From Chthonomonadales bacterium (GTDB lineage: Bacteria > Armatimonadota > Chthonomonadetes > Chthonomonadales > CAJBBX01), in contig JBMFSQ010000002.1 in the NCBI GenBank assembly GCA_049967475.1, positions 192,001 through 256,000 on the forward strand: a stretch of 64,000 bases of DNA, read 5' to 3'. Under the pieces are notes generated by a model. The model had not been told where the DNA came from. It made no database searches and saw only the letters and a list, made by a program, of their open reading frames with translations. The translations under genes and the position numbers were made by a program. Numbering within the stretch: position 1 is the stretch's first letter; each line of letters starts with the position of its first letter. This document shows positions 10,152 to 20,510 of the stretch, piece after piece.

Positions 10152-10355
10152 GGCTCCCGCCTTCCTGCAGAGCCTTATGCCCCTGGGATGCCTTCCCCAG
10201 GGTTCCACTCTGCACTTAGTTGGACGTACGTATACCACCTTTGGTTTCCCTCCTTCAAAACATTCCGGCATATGCGCGAGCCCTATCTTAGGAGTATCAT
10301 GGAGGGGAAACCAACGGTACAAGAAAACGGTATCTAGCCACAAAGGTGACGCCTC

Positions 10356-11204
10356 ATGAATATCCTTTGCATCGGCGCCCATCCGGATGACGTGGAAGGA
10401 GCCATGGGCGCAACGGCCGCGCTCTATTCCCGCCGCGGTCACCACGTGATCGTCGCCTCCGTAACCGACGGGCGCCGCGGTCATTTCGCCCCTCAGTACC
10501 TGGCCGATCCGTCTGCCCTCGCCCGCCGGCGCCGCGACGAGGCGCTTCACTCCGCAGCCCTCATCGGCGCGGAGTATCGTTGCTTGGATATTCCGGACGG
10601 CGAGGTGTACGTTACTCCAGCCAATACGGAGGCGGTAATCCGCCTTATCCGTGCAGCAGGTCCCCCAGGCGTCGGGCCGGACGTGGTATTCCTCAACCGG
10701 CCCAACGACTACCACCGAGACCATCGCTACACAGCACGCCTCGTGTTGGATGCCACTTACATGCTCACCGTTCCCGGTATGTGTCCCGATGCACCCCACT
10801 TAGCCCGGATGCCCGTATTCGCCTACTGGTACGATGATTTCACAGAAGGAGGCACCTTCCGGGCCGACGTCGTCGTTCCCATAGGCGACGCTCTGGAAGC
10901 GAAGGTGGACATGATCTGCGCCCACGCATCGCAGTTTTTCGAATGGCTTCCGTACAATGCAGGGATTTTGGATCAGGTGCCGCCCGATGCAGCCGGCCGG
11001 CGGGAGTGGATCCGGCGTCGGTATGAGCAGCATGCTTACGATCTCCGCAATAAGTTGGAGGCTGCCCTAATCCGCCTGTGCGGCCTGGTTCCCCGCCAGG
11101 GCGTGGAAGCGTTCCAAGTGTGCGAATACGGCAGGCAGCCCCAAGAACAGGAGCTTTACGATCTCTTCCCGATCCCGAAACCGACCCCGGAAGCGCGTTG
11201 CTGA
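10356..11204 (+). CDS. PIG-L/LmbE-family deacetylase
   Basis: IGAHPDDVE and DYHRDH motifs. Confidence 0.9.
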   Translation: MNILCIGAHPDDVEGAMGATAALYSRRGHHVIVASVTDGRRGHFAPQYLADPSALARRRRDEALHSAALIGAEYRCLDIPDGEVYVTPANTEAVIRLIRAAGPPGVGPDVVFLNRPNDYHRDHRYTARLVLDATYMLTVPGMCPDAPHLARMPVFAYWYDDFTEGGTFRADVVVPIGDALEAKVDMICAHASQFFEWLPYNAGILDQVPPDAAGRREWIRRRYEQHAYDLRNKLEAALIRLCGLVPRQGVEAFQVCEYGRQPQEQELYDLFPIPKPTPEARC

Positions 11205-11218
11205 CACAAGGAGACCCC

Positions 11219-12448
11219 ATGCTCGAACACACGAAGTACCTGATCATTGGAGGCGGACCTGCGGCTGCTTGGGCAGCTCGATCCATCCGCAGGGGGGACC
11301 AATCCGGCCGCCTCATGCTCGTAACGCGGGAACCCCATCCGCCCTATGACCGGCCTCCCCTGTCCAAACAATTCCTGCTGGACAAGGACTTCGCTCCGGA
11401 GGATCTCTATTCGTGGCCGGATGACTTTGTCGCTACCGCAGGGATCGAGCTCGTAACAGGAACAGCCGCCCGCACGCTGCGCCGCACGGATCATTCTGTG
11501 GTTCTTGCCGACGGCCGTACTGTTCAATACGAGAAGCTTCTGCTGGCAACGGGCGCCACCCCAAGAAAGCTCAACGCCCCGGGCTTCGACCGCCGGAACA
11601 TCTTCACGCTCCGCACGCTGGACGATGCCCAAGCCCTGCGGAGCGCCCTCCATAACGCCCGCCACGTTGTATTGGTGGGCAGTGGAACCATCGGGATCGA
11701 GGTAGCGGCGGTATGCCTGCAGATGGATCGCGAAGTGACCCTGATAGACATCGCCGACAGGCCATGGGCGAGCCTGGCTGGGCCGGACACGGGCCGCGCA
11801 CTGCAACGGTATCTGGAACAACGGGGAGCCCGCTTCATCCTCAGGACGTCGGTGCGGGCTTTCGAGGGCGAGGAAGCAGTCTCCGCCGTCCATACGGAGC
11901 AGGGTGAGCGCATCCCGGCAGACGTCGTTGTGGTGGGCATCGGTGTGTCCCTCAACACCGAACTTGCCCGCAATGCCGGGCTCCCGCTGAGTGAGAACGG
12001 GGCCGTTCACGTCAATAGCCTTCTTCAAACGTTGGATCCCCGCATCTGGGCTGCGGGGGATATCGCGTTCTTTGAGGACCTGGCCCTAAACCGGAGGTGG
12101 AACGCGGAACATCACCTCAACGCCAAATGGCAGGGGACCGCGGCAGGCGCCACCATGGCGGGCACCGACACGGTGTACGACCGGGTGCCCTACTTCTTCT
12201 CAGACTTCCTGGACCTTCACATGATCCTGCGCGGAGACCCCGAAGGCGGCAAGAGCGCCCTCGTCATCGGGGATCGCGATGCGATGGAATTCGTGGAACT
12301 CTATGCGGATAACTGCGGCCTCATTCGAATGGGCCTCGCCATCAGTCGCCATGAGGATCGGTTGGATGCACTCTCGGACCGCCTGGAGGCATTGTTCCGC
12401 GCTTCGCCCGACGTGTCCAAGGTTACGGCGGAGACCCTCGGCTTCTAA
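11219..12448 (+). CDS. FAD/NAD(P)-dependent oxidoreductase, ferredoxin-reductase-like
   Basis: IIGGGPAA, PYDRPPLSK, LLATGA, AAGD, PYFFSD. Confidence 0.9.
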   Translation: MLEHTKYLIIGGGPAAAWAARSIRRGDQSGRLMLVTREPHPPYDRPPLSKQFLLDKDFAPEDLYSWPDDFVATAGIELVTGTAARTLRRTDHSVVLADGRTVQYEKLLLATGATPRKLNAPGFDRRNIFTLRTLDDAQALRSALHNARHVVLVGSGTIGIEVAAVCLQMDREVTLIDIADRPWASLAGPDTGRALQRYLEQRGARFILRTSVRAFEGEEAVSAVHTEQGERIPADVVVVGIGVSLNTELARNAGLPLSENGAVHVNSLLQTLDPRIWAAGDIAFFEDLALNRRWNAEHHLNAKWQGTAAGATMAGTDTVYDRVPYFFSDFLDLHMILRGDPEGGKSALVIGDRDAMEFVELYADNCGLIRMGLAISRHEDRLDALSDRLEALFRASPDVSKVTAETLGF

Positions 12449-15117
12449 CGCACGCTCACTGTAACTACGGCGCTGCCCGACACGCGAACTGCGAGGCGCC
12501 CATGCTCCTGGTTCGCCGCCGCCGGCGTGCCGTTGACGCGTACAACAGCCTTACCCCGCAGTCCGCTGAGCGCCACGTAGTAGGGGCCCGGCGTAAAGCC
12601 CCGCACGCGGAACTGCGCGGAGTGCGCGCGGTCTGCCAGCGGCTCGATGGCGCCTGGAGCCCGTACCACGACGCCGCACCGCCGTAGCTCCACAAGGTCA
12701 TAGAGGGGCGGGCCGCCATAATACCGCACTGCATTCGCCTCCACAGTGCCGGGATTGATCGCCACCCCGTTGCGCGTTTGGGGCTTCAAGTTGAACGAGT
12801 CCGGCAGTAATCCTTGCAGGTCCGCGTCGGAAGCCGGGAAGCTTTGCTGAATTCCCGACACCGTAATGCCGTCGGCGAGCTTCTTCCACGGCCCGGTGGG
12901 ATCGTACCGAGTAAGGCGGTAAAGCGCATCGGCATACACCAAGCCGCACCACTGTACAGGCAGCCCCATCCAATCCGGCGCAACCCAATGAGTGGCCCCA
13001 TAAACCGGTGTCGTTGCATAGAGACCTACCCTGCCCGCTGTAGGGTTCACGAGATACACGAAGGGGACGCCGGTCCAGGCCCAATATCGAGCTTTCCGCA
13101 AAAAATCTGCGTTGCCGGTAAGAGCATAACCCAGCGTGTACGCCTTTACAAGGTGCGCCGAGGCGAGGATATCCGGGGTGTGGAGGGGCACCTCCCACGT
13201 TTGGGCACCCCGCGGTGCTGTGTACATCCAGCGGTCCAAAGCGTGCAAGCGGGCCACAGCCTCATGGATCAGTTGTGCCTCGCCGCTGATCGCCGCGTGT
13301 TCTAGGAGGGAAGCCGTCACCGGAGCCGTAAGGCCGTTTGCCGTGTCCTCATAGTGAGTGCGCCCAAAATCGGGGCCGCCTGGTTTGGGCTGGTAGCGAA
13401 GGATGCCCTGATCCCCAAGTTGCCGGAGCTCCGCTCGGGCGGCCTCGGCAGCGTGTTGCGCATTTTCTTCCACGTGGCCAAACACCAGGGACACGGACGG
13501 CAAGTGCACATGGGACACACCGCTGAAATCCCAATCTGCGGGACTTACAGCCTCTAGTGCAAGGCGTTCTGTTTGACGCAGGCGTTCGGCAAGGCCAGGA
13601 TCGTGGGTCCTCGCGGCCAGCCATTCCATATAGAGGGCGGCGTCGGCGGCAGGTTGAGGATGGAACGAGGCTCCAGGCCAATAGGCGTGGCGGAAGTATC
13701 CGCCGCTGCGGATGCGGGAATCGAGCCAGCCGCCTGCAGCAAAGCGCACATACCCCTGAAGCCCCATTCCGGGGCTCGGAATTGGCGGCAGCCCCTTCAG
13801 CCGAACATAGTGCTGCACCGCCTCGACCACGCTTTCCCCCAAGCCGGCGATAATCTGTGCTCGAAGGGTAATGGGGTGACCCGGCGACACGGGCTCCCCG
13901 TCATAGGGCAAGAGGCTGCCTTCCGCTCGGTTGGAGCCGTCGGACCCCGGGAAGATCACGCCCATCAGATGACCGCCCCCGTGGAACGTGCGGTCAGGAG
14001 AATCAAAGAGCGCACTGAACTGGGGCTCTTTATGCCAAATCAGTCCCACATAGGCATGGTGATCCTGCACTGCCATGAGGGGGAATGTGATGCGTTCGTT
14101 GTCGGGAACTCTCCGGTTCGCAAGGGGACCTTCGATGTCTGCTGTGGAGCTGCTTACCTCGGAGGGGACGCCGTCAAGGTACTCCAAACCGGCGAACAGA
14201 GCGTGCCCCTTGTGAACGCCGAACGAGCCGGCTCCTGGAAGCAGAATGATCATCGGAGCAAAAACGACGGCACGCGATTGCGTCACCCCGATGCGCGTGG
14301 TCACGTTGAATGTTCCGCCGGCAGCCGGCGAAAACTCCTGGGTAAAGTGCCATTTGCCTCCATCTGCGTCGCCGGCTTCTGCGCGCACCACGATGGAGCG
14401 CCCCACGAGCGATGCACGCACGCGGGCTGCTCGGGCAACGTCCATCCAGTGCACGCCTCCGGCAATCAGGTACCCGATGAGGGGCCGCGTGTCTCCCACG
14501 GCCATGAGCCGGTTGGACACCCGCACCTGGAAGCCGCCCCATTCATGGGGAGCGTGAAGAAGCTGGGCATTCCCCGATCGAATTACGAGGGGCCTCGGGC
14601 CCAGGACCGGAAGGTGCGGGCGCGGCCACGCCGGCTCTGCCAAGAGGTTCCTGGGAGTGAAGGTGATGGAAGCAACGATGCAGGTTCCTCCGGTACCGGG
14701 CGGATCCAGCCGAAGCATCACTCCCGGGCCGAGGGGCGGCACCGGCACCTTCGCCGTTTCCCACCGACCGCCTACCGCAGGGAAATGCACGGAGTCTTCC
14801 TCACGTGCGTAGCGTTGCTCCGTGAACCAGAACACCTGGCCCGTACCGGGCTGGTCCGACTTGAAGCGGATCGTCAGCCAGAGGGGCTGCCCGGGCGGGT
14901 AATCGCGCGCTGGGCCATGGATATACGGATCCGGCCCTGAAATGCGGATGAGCATCCCCTGGGCAGTCGGCTCCAGGCTGGCCACGTCGTGGGCCGGCCG
15001 CCACTCGGACACCACCTCACTGAGGCGAAAATCGAAGTGCGGAAGCTGCTCAGCACGGGCGGGTACGCCCGCCGCCATCGCAGCGATGGTGCACAAAGCC
15101 AGCAACCGGATCAACAT
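12445..15117 (-). CDS. Large secreted hypothetical protein, possibly carbohydrate-active
   Basis: GGAGG RBS, Sec signal ending ARA; long ORF; no family recognised with certainty. Confidence 0.6.
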   Translation of the reverse strand: MLIRLLALCTIAAMAAGVPARAEQLPHFDFRLSEVVSEWRPAHDVASLEPTAQGMLIRISGPDPYIHGPARDYPPGQPLWLTIRFKSDQPGTGQVFWFTEQRYAREEDSVHFPAVGGRWETAKVPVPPLGPGVMLRLDPPGTGGTCIVASITFTPRNLLAEPAWPRPHLPVLGPRPLVIRSGNAQLLHAPHEWGGFQVRVSNRLMAVGDTRPLIGYLIAGGVHWMDVARAARVRASLVGRSIVVRAEAGDADGGKWHFTQEFSPAAGGTFNVTTRIGVTQSRAVVFAPMIILLPGAGSFGVHKGHALFAGLEYLDGVPSEVSSSTADIEGPLANRRVPDNERITFPLMAVQDHHAYVGLIWHKEPQFSALFDSPDRTFHGGGHLMGVIFPGSDGSNRAEGSLLPYDGEPVSPGHPITLRAQIIAGLGESVVEAVQHYVRLKGLPPIPSPGMGLQGYVRFAAGGWLDSRIRSGGYFRHAYWPGASFHPQPAADAALYMEWLAARTHDPGLAERLRQTERLALEAVSPADWDFSGVSHVHLPSVSLVFGHVEENAQHAAEAARAELRQLGDQGILRYQPKPGGPDFGRTHYEDTANGLTAPVTASLLEHAAISGEAQLIHEAVARLHALDRWMYTAPRGAQTWEVPLHTPDILASAHLVKAYTLGYALTGNADFLRKARYWAWTGVPFVYLVNPTAGRVGLYATTPVYGATHWVAPDWMGLPVQWCGLVYADALYRLTRYDPTGPWKKLADGITVSGIQQSFPASDADLQGLLPDSFNLKPQTRNGVAINPGTVEANAVRYYGGPPLYDLVELRRCGVVVRAPGAIEPLADRAHSAQFRVRGFTPGPYYVALSGLRGKAVVRVNGTPAAANQEHGRLAVRVSGSAVVTVSVR

Positions 15118-15184
15118 AGTTTCCTCCCCGAACCGTGGGATCACGCACCCAGCTTTGGCGCAGGCGCAAACAACTCCTGCAGGG

Positions 15185-15454
15185 CTAATCCCGCGGGAAG
15201 TGATCCGGCCTCAGTTCCGCCGCAAGGCCGATGAGTTCTTCATCCGAGGCTTCCGGTTGGTTCGGATCCGCTTCTACGGCATCCACAGGACACACCTGGA
15301 CGCATCGGCTGACTTCATAGAACCCCGCACACTCCGTACAGAGCCTGGGGTCAATTACGTAGACGCCATCTGCTTCGTGGATGCCCTCGTTGGGGCACTC
15401 TGCCAAACAGAGGCCGCATGCGATGCACCGTTCCTGGTTGATCTTTCTGGCCAT
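15185..15454 (-). CDS. 2x[4Fe-4S] ferredoxin, YfhL-like
   Basis: CIACGLCLAECP and CTECAGFYEVSRCVQVCP. Confidence 0.92.
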   Translation of the reverse strand: MARKINQERCIACGLCLAECPNEGIHEADGVYVIDPRLCTECAGFYEVSRCVQVCPVDAVEADPNQPEASDEELIGLAAELRPDHFPRD

Positions 15455-15488
15455 GGCTTACTCCTTGCACACTTCAGGGGAAAAGCGG

Positions 15489-16502
15489 TCAGAGCATCTG
15501 CTGAAGGGTGCCGGGGCGGAACGAGTCCAAAACCTTCATATAATTGGCTCTCTCAAAAGCAGCGGGTTCCGCCACGTTACGCTGGCTCATGCTCCCGCGC
15601 ATCTGGCTCACAGATGCGTACTCGCGTTCCTCCATCCAATGCGTCATATCGGCCAAAATCTCGCCGATCCTGCCCAGCCCATTCTTGAGCAGCTCGGACG
15701 CCATCATGGTTACGTTGGCACCGGCCATAATTCCTTTGAGCACATCCTCATATGTATGAACACCGCGAGAGATGGCCAGATCTACCGGGATCCTCCCATA
15801 GAGGATTGCCACCCACCTAAGGGGCAGGCGCAGCTCGTACGGGCCGCTCAGCACTAGGTTCGGCACGACCTCCAGGTTCTCCAGGTCAAAATCGGGTTGG
15901 TAGAAGCGGTTGAAGAGGACCAACCCGTTGGCTCCCGCCTCGGCTAACCGGCGCGCCATGTAGGCAGTGTTACTGAAGAAAGGGCTCAGCTTCACGGCCA
16001 CCGGTATCTTCACCGTGGCCCGCACATCCCGAAGCACGTCCAGATACATTTGTTCAACGGTGGCTCCGCTCATGTGCGGGTCTGTGGGAATGTAATAGAT
16101 GTTGAGCTCCAGCGCATCCGCGCCGGCCTGTTCGATTTTGTGGGCGTAGTAGGTCCACCCGCCGCTGGACACTCCGTTGAGGCTGCCAATTATGGGGATC
16201 TGAACAGCCGTCTTGGCATCGGACACGAGCTTCAGGTATTCATCGGGACCAACATTGTAATGGTGAAGGTCCGGGAAATAACTCAGGGCCTCGGCATAGC
16301 TTTCGGTGCCGTAGCTCAGGTAGTGGTCCAGTTGGCGGCTCTCCAGGTTAATCTGCTCTTCGAAGAGCGAGTACATTACTACGGCTGCGGCGCCGGCGTC
16401 CTCCAGCCTGCGGATGCCGTCCAGTGTTCGCGAAAGGGGCGATGCGGATGCGACGATGGGGTTCTTCAGCGGAAAACCCAGATATCGGGTTGACAGATCC
16501 AT
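15489..16502 (-). CDS. Dihydroorotate dehydrogenase-like flavoprotein (PFOR-associated)
   Basis: [39 protein letters not shown]. Confidence 0.88.
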   Translation of the reverse strand: MDLSTRYLGFPLKNPIVASASPLSRTLDGIRRLEDAGAAAVVMYSLFEEQINLESRQLDHYLSYGTESYAEALSYFPDLHHYNVGPDEYLKLVSDAKTAVQIPIIGSLNGVSSGGWTYYAHKIEQAGADALELNIYYIPTDPHMSGATVEQMYLDVLRDVRATVKIPVAVKLSPFFSNTAYMARRLAEAGANGLVLFNRFYQPDFDLENLEVVPNLVLSGPYELRLPLRWVAILYGRIPVDLAISRGVHTYEDVLKGIMAGANVTMMASELLKNGLGRIGEILADMTHWMEEREYASVSQMRGSMSQRNVAEPAAFERANYMKVLDSFRPGTLQQML

Positions 16503-16555
16503 AGTTATGCTCCCTTGCACTCACTCCGTCTTCTCGTGGAAGGTCCCAACTCCTT

Positions 16556-19500
16556 TTAACCCTTCATAGCTGCGAGCTGCTGGTACGCCTCCCACCGCTC
16601 TTTCACGTCACGCTCGGCTTCCTCCAACAGACGGCGGGCGGCTTCAGGATCGCTCTGCCTGAGCATTCGGTAACGGTTCTCGGAATAGAGGTATTCCTGC
16701 AATGGAACGGAAGGAGCCTTGCTGTCGAGCTGTAGCGGGTTCTTGCCCTCCTGTTGCAAGGCAGGATTGTACCGATAAAGCGGGAATGCGCCGCTTTCTA
16801 CGGCCAGCTTCTGCTGGTTCATTCCGCGCGTCATGTCAATGCCGTGGGCGATGCAGTGGCTGTAGGCGATGATGATGGACGGACCATTGTAGGCCTCCGC
16901 CTCCAAAAACGCCCTCACGGTCTGAGCATCATTGGCGCCCATGGCGACAGTAGCCACATAGATATTGCCGTAGGTCATGAGCATGCGCCCGAGGTCCTTC
17001 TTTGGCGTAGGCTTGCCTCCGGCGGCAAACTTAGCTACGGCCGCCCGGGCTGTGCTCTTGGACGCCTGACCGCCGGTGTTGGAATAAACCTCCGTGTCCA
17101 GCACGAGAACGTTGACGTTGTGTCCGGAAGCCAACACATGATCCAGGCCGCCGTAGCCGATGTCGTACGCCCAACCGTCGCCGCCAATGATCCAAACGCT
17201 GCGCTTCACCAGTACGTCAGCAAGGCTCAGCAGATCTTTGCACCGAGCATCGTCGCGGCCTTCGAGCCTTTTCTTCAGCTCGGCCACGCGCTTGCGTTGG
17301 GCATGAATGGAGACTTCATCCTCTTGACTGGCATCAAGGATCTCGCGCGCCAAATCCTCGCCGATCTCGCTTGCCAGCGCCATCACGAGGGACCGGGCAT
17401 AGGCGTTTTGCTGATCCAGAGCCAGCCGCATCCCCAATCCAAACTCGGCGTTGTCTTCAAAGAGGGAGTTGGACCACGCCGGGCCCCGGCCTTCGGCATT
17501 CGTGGTGTAGGGAGTGGTGGGAAGGTTCCCTCCGTATATACTCGAGCAGCCTGTTGCATTGGCGATGACGGCCCGGTCTCCAAAGAGCTGCGTCATCAGT
17601 TTGATGTAGGGGGTCTCGCCGCACCCGGCACAAGCTCCGGAAAATTCGAAGAGAGGCTGAAGGAGTTGCACATTCTTGATGGTGTTGAAGTGCACTCCGG
17701 GGTGATCCTTGGGAACGTCCGGAAGCTTGGTGAAGAATTCCCAGTGACGAGCCCCAATCTCGCGGAGCGGGCGCTGCGGGGCCATATTGATGGCTTTGCG
17801 CCCCACGTTGGATTTGTCCTTGGCCGGGCAGATCTCTACGCACATGGCGCAGCCCGTACAGTCTTCTACAGCCACCTGTAGCGTATAGCGTTTGTCGGCC
17901 AACTCGCGCCACTTCGCCGCGGTAGACTTGAAGCCCTCGGGAGCACGCTCCAAATCGGAAGCGTCTACAACCTTGGCTCGGATCACCGAGTGTGGGCACA
18001 CCAGTACGCACTTGCCGCACTGAATGCACAGGTCGGGTTCCCATACGGGGACCTCTAGGGCGATGTTGCGCTTCTCCCATTTGGCGGTACCGGTCGGGTA
18101 GGTTCCGTCCGCGGGAAGAGCGCTCACCGGCAGCTCATCCCCCCGCCCGGCAATCATCATGGCGGTCACCTTCTGCACAAACTCCGGCGCTTCAGGGGGA
18201 ACGACCGGCGGCAGGTCTCGTTCGCTCTCCACATTATTGGGTATCACCAGCTTGTGCAGGTGCGCCAGCGCCTCGTCTACTGCGGCAAAGTTCTGCTGAA
18301 CTACAGCTTCCCCGCGTTTACCGTAGGTCTTCCGGATGGCCTTTTTGATTTCGGTGATGGCTGCATCACGGTCCAACACGCCCGAAAGGGCAAAGAAGCC
18401 CGTTTGCATGATGGTGTTGATGCGTCCGCCCATGCCTGTGGCCTTGGCTACGGAATACCCATCCAACACCCACACGTTCAGCTTCTTGCGCAGGATCTGC
18501 TCTTGAACGGATCGGGGCAGGCGCTTCCAGGTCTCTTCCGGCCCGAAGGGGCTGTTGATGAGAACCGTGGCGCCCGGAACGGCGGCATCCAACACGGGAT
18601 AGCGTTCCAGAAAACCGAATTGATGAACGGCAACGAAGTTGGCGTGCTGAACGAGATATACACTTTGGATTGGCCGGGGCCCGAAGCGCAAGTGCGACAC
18701 GGTGACGCCGCCCGACTTCTTCGAGTCATAGACGAAGTACCCCTGGGCGTAATTGGGCGTCTCCTCGCCGATGATCTTGATGGAGTTCTTGTTCGCTCCG
18801 ACGGTTCCATCGGAGCCGAGCCCCCAGAACACAGCCCGAACGGTGTCCTCGGGCTCGATGCTGAAATGGGGGTCGTAGGAGAGGCTGGTATGGCACACGT
18901 CATCGTAGATACCGATGGTGAAGTGGTTCTTGGGGTGCTCGCGGGCTAATTCGTCATAGATGCCCTTTACCATGCCTGGGGTGAATTCTTTTGACGAGAG
19001 GCCGTACCGCCCCCCGATGATGCGGGGGAGAGGTCTCCCTGCGGCAGCGGCAACTTCGCAGAACGCAGTGACTACATCCTGGTAGAGCGGCTCACCGGCC
19101 GAACCCGGCTCCTTGGTGCGATCGAGAACTGCAAGCGCCTTAACACTCGAGGGTACGGCCGCTGCCATCTTCTGGGCATCAAAGGGGCGGAACATGCGCA
19201 CTTTGAGGACGCCCACCTTCTCGCCATGCTCGTTGAGATATCGGGCTGTCTCCTCTGCAGTTTCACAGGCCGAGCCCATCAAAATGATGACGCGCTCGGC
19301 GTCGGGCGCTCCCACATAGTCGTAAAGATGGTAGGACCGCCCGGTGAGCTGCGCAAAGCGATCCATGGTGTTCTGAAGAATGGTGGGGACTGCCAGGTAG
19401 TAGGGGTTGACGGTCTCGCGAGCCTGGAAGAACACATCGGGGTTCTGAGCGGTTCCGCGGATCACAGGGTGATCCGGCGAGAGCGCGCGGGCACGGTGGG

Positions 19501-20104
19501 CTCGGACGGCGTCTTCATTGATCATGGCGCGGATGTCTTCATCGCCCAGCCGTTCGATTTTCTGCAGTTCGTGGGAAGTGCGGAAGCCGTCGAAGGCATG
19601 GATGAAGGGGATGCGGGCCTCCAGCGTGGCAGCCTGGGCGATCAGGGCAAGATCCATCACCTCTTGAACAGAGTTCGAGAACAGAATGGCCCATCCCGTT
19701 TGCCTCACCGCCATTACGTCGCTGTGATCTCCGAAGATGGAAAGCGCCTGGCATGCTACCGATCGGGCGCTTACATGAAAAACCGCCGGAGTGAGCTCTC
19801 CGGCGATCTTGTATAGGTTGGGGATCATGAGGAGAAGGCCCTGGCTGGCCGTGAACGTCGTGGTGAGCGCGCCGGTTTGGAGAGCGCCGTGGCACGCGCC
19901 TGCAGCCCCCCCTTCGGACTGCATCTCTTTGACGACGGGCTTACTGCCCCAGATGTTCGTCTGTCCGGCCGCCGCCCATGCATCTGCCAGTTCGCCCATA
20001 GGCGTAGAAGGCGTGATGGGGTAGATGGCGATGACCTCGTTGGTCTTGTACGCGATGGTGGCGGCCGCTTCGTTGCCATCTATGGTTACAAAGCTGCGTG
20101 GCAT
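16556..20104 (-). CDS. nifJ: Pyruvate:ferredoxin (flavodoxin) oxidoreductase
   Basis: YPITPS, EMQSEGGAAG, two ferredoxin motifs, GACAGCGETPY, GGDGWAYDIG. Confidence 0.97.
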   Translation of the reverse strand: MPRSFVTIDGNEAAATIAYKTNEVIAIYPITPSTPMGELADAWAAAGQTNIWGSKPVVKEMQSEGGAAGACHGALQTGALTTTFTASQGLLLMIPNLYKIAGELTPAVFHVSARSVACQALSIFGDHSDVMAVRQTGWAILFSNSVQEVMDLALIAQAATLEARIPFIHAFDGFRTSHELQKIERLGDEDIRAMINEDAVRAHRARALSPDHPVIRGTAQNPDVFFQARETVNPYYLAVPTILQNTMDRFAQLTGRSYHLYDYVGAPDAERVIILMGSACETAEETARYLNEHGEKVGVLKVRMFRPFDAQKMAAAVPSSVKALAVLDRTKEPGSAGEPLYQDVVTAFCEVAAAAGRPLPRIIGGRYGLSSKEFTPGMVKGIYDELAREHPKNHFTIGIYDDVCHTSLSYDPHFSIEPEDTVRAVFWGLGSDGTVGANKNSIKIIGEETPNYAQGYFVYDSKKSGGVTVSHLRFGPRPIQSVYLVQHANFVAVHQFGFLERYPVLDAAVPGATVLINSPFGPEETWKRLPRSVQEQILRKKLNVWVLDGYSVAKATGMGGRINTIMQTGFFALSGVLDRDAAITEIKKAIRKTYGKRGEAVVQQNFAAVDEALAHLHKLVIPNNVESERDLPPVVPPEAPEFVQKVTAMMIAGRGDELPVSALPADGTYPTGTAKWEKRNIALEVPVWEPDLCIQCGKCVLVCPHSVIRAKVVDASDLERAPEGFKSTAAKWRELADKRYTLQVAVEDCTGCAMCVEICPAKDKSNVGRKAINMAPQRPLREIGARHWEFFTKLPDVPKDHPGVHFNTIKNVQLLQPLFEFSGACAGCGETPYIKLMTQLFGDRAVIANATGCSSIYGGNLPTTPYTTNAEGRGPAWSNSLFEDNAEFGLGMRLALDQQNAYARSLVMALASEIGEDLAREILDASQEDEVSIHAQRKRVAELKKRLEGRDDARCKDLLSLADVLVKRSVWIIGGDGWAYDIGYGGLDHVLASGHNVNVLVLDTEVYSNTGGQASKSTARAAVAKFAAGGKPTPKKDLGRMLMTYGNIYVATVAMGANDAQTVRAFLEAEAYNGPSIIIAYSHCIAHGIDMTRGMNQQKLAVESGAFPLYRYNPALQQEGKNPLQLDSKAPSVPLQEYLYSENRYRMLRQSDPEAARRLLEEAERDVKERWEAYQQLAAMKG

Positions 20105-20461
20105 TGGCAGATCCTTTCATAGAGGACGCTGCGCCCGGGCTTTGCGGGCGCACGAGCTCCTCTGCGTCGGTTGCACGCGGCGGAGGGCCCGCCTAAGGAG
20201 TGGCAGCCCAGCCCGAGCGCGCGCCGTTGGGGAGCCCTAATCATCCGCTGGGCGCGCCGGTACCCTGCACCCTGTCACCGGCTCAGAACCCGGCATCCGC
20301 GCCCGTGGATCACTCAATCCATCCTGTTATTATCTTAGCTGATATTCGGCGCAGCCTGCACTGGTAATATAGTACAGGGGGTAGTTACTTAAGATAGTTC
20401 CCAGCGAGGGCTCACACCCTGCACATCATTGTGGCGCAAATCGGGGCGTTGTGCATACACC

Positions 20462-20486
20462 AAGGGGGAGGAAGCCCTCCCCCTTT
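20462..20486. terminator. Hairpin downstream of ECF sigma gene
   Basis: AAGGGGGAG-6-CTCCCCCTT about 25 nt past the ECF stop; weak U tract. Confidence 0.4.
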
Positions 20487-20510
20487 GCCCCGTCGGTTGC
20501 AGCATTTCCG

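Noticed and set aside
10152..10799. Long N-terminal extension of the sigma factor ORF
   Set aside because: Overlaps the PIG-L gene on the opposite strand; sigma homology begins near 10016.
13573..14940. 455-aa plus-strand ORF and similar long antisense ORFs (43967-45421, 46017-47249, 38933-40099)
   Set aside because: GC-rich antisense shadows with no motifs, opposite better-supported genes.
15185..20104. nifJ-DHODH-like-ferredoxin cluster as novel
   Set aside because: Common, known gene arrangement.
20128..20155. c-di-GMP-I riboswitch resemblance (CGCAAAGC)
   Set aside because: No upstream GGCAAA/GNRA P2 stem; only a simple hairpin.
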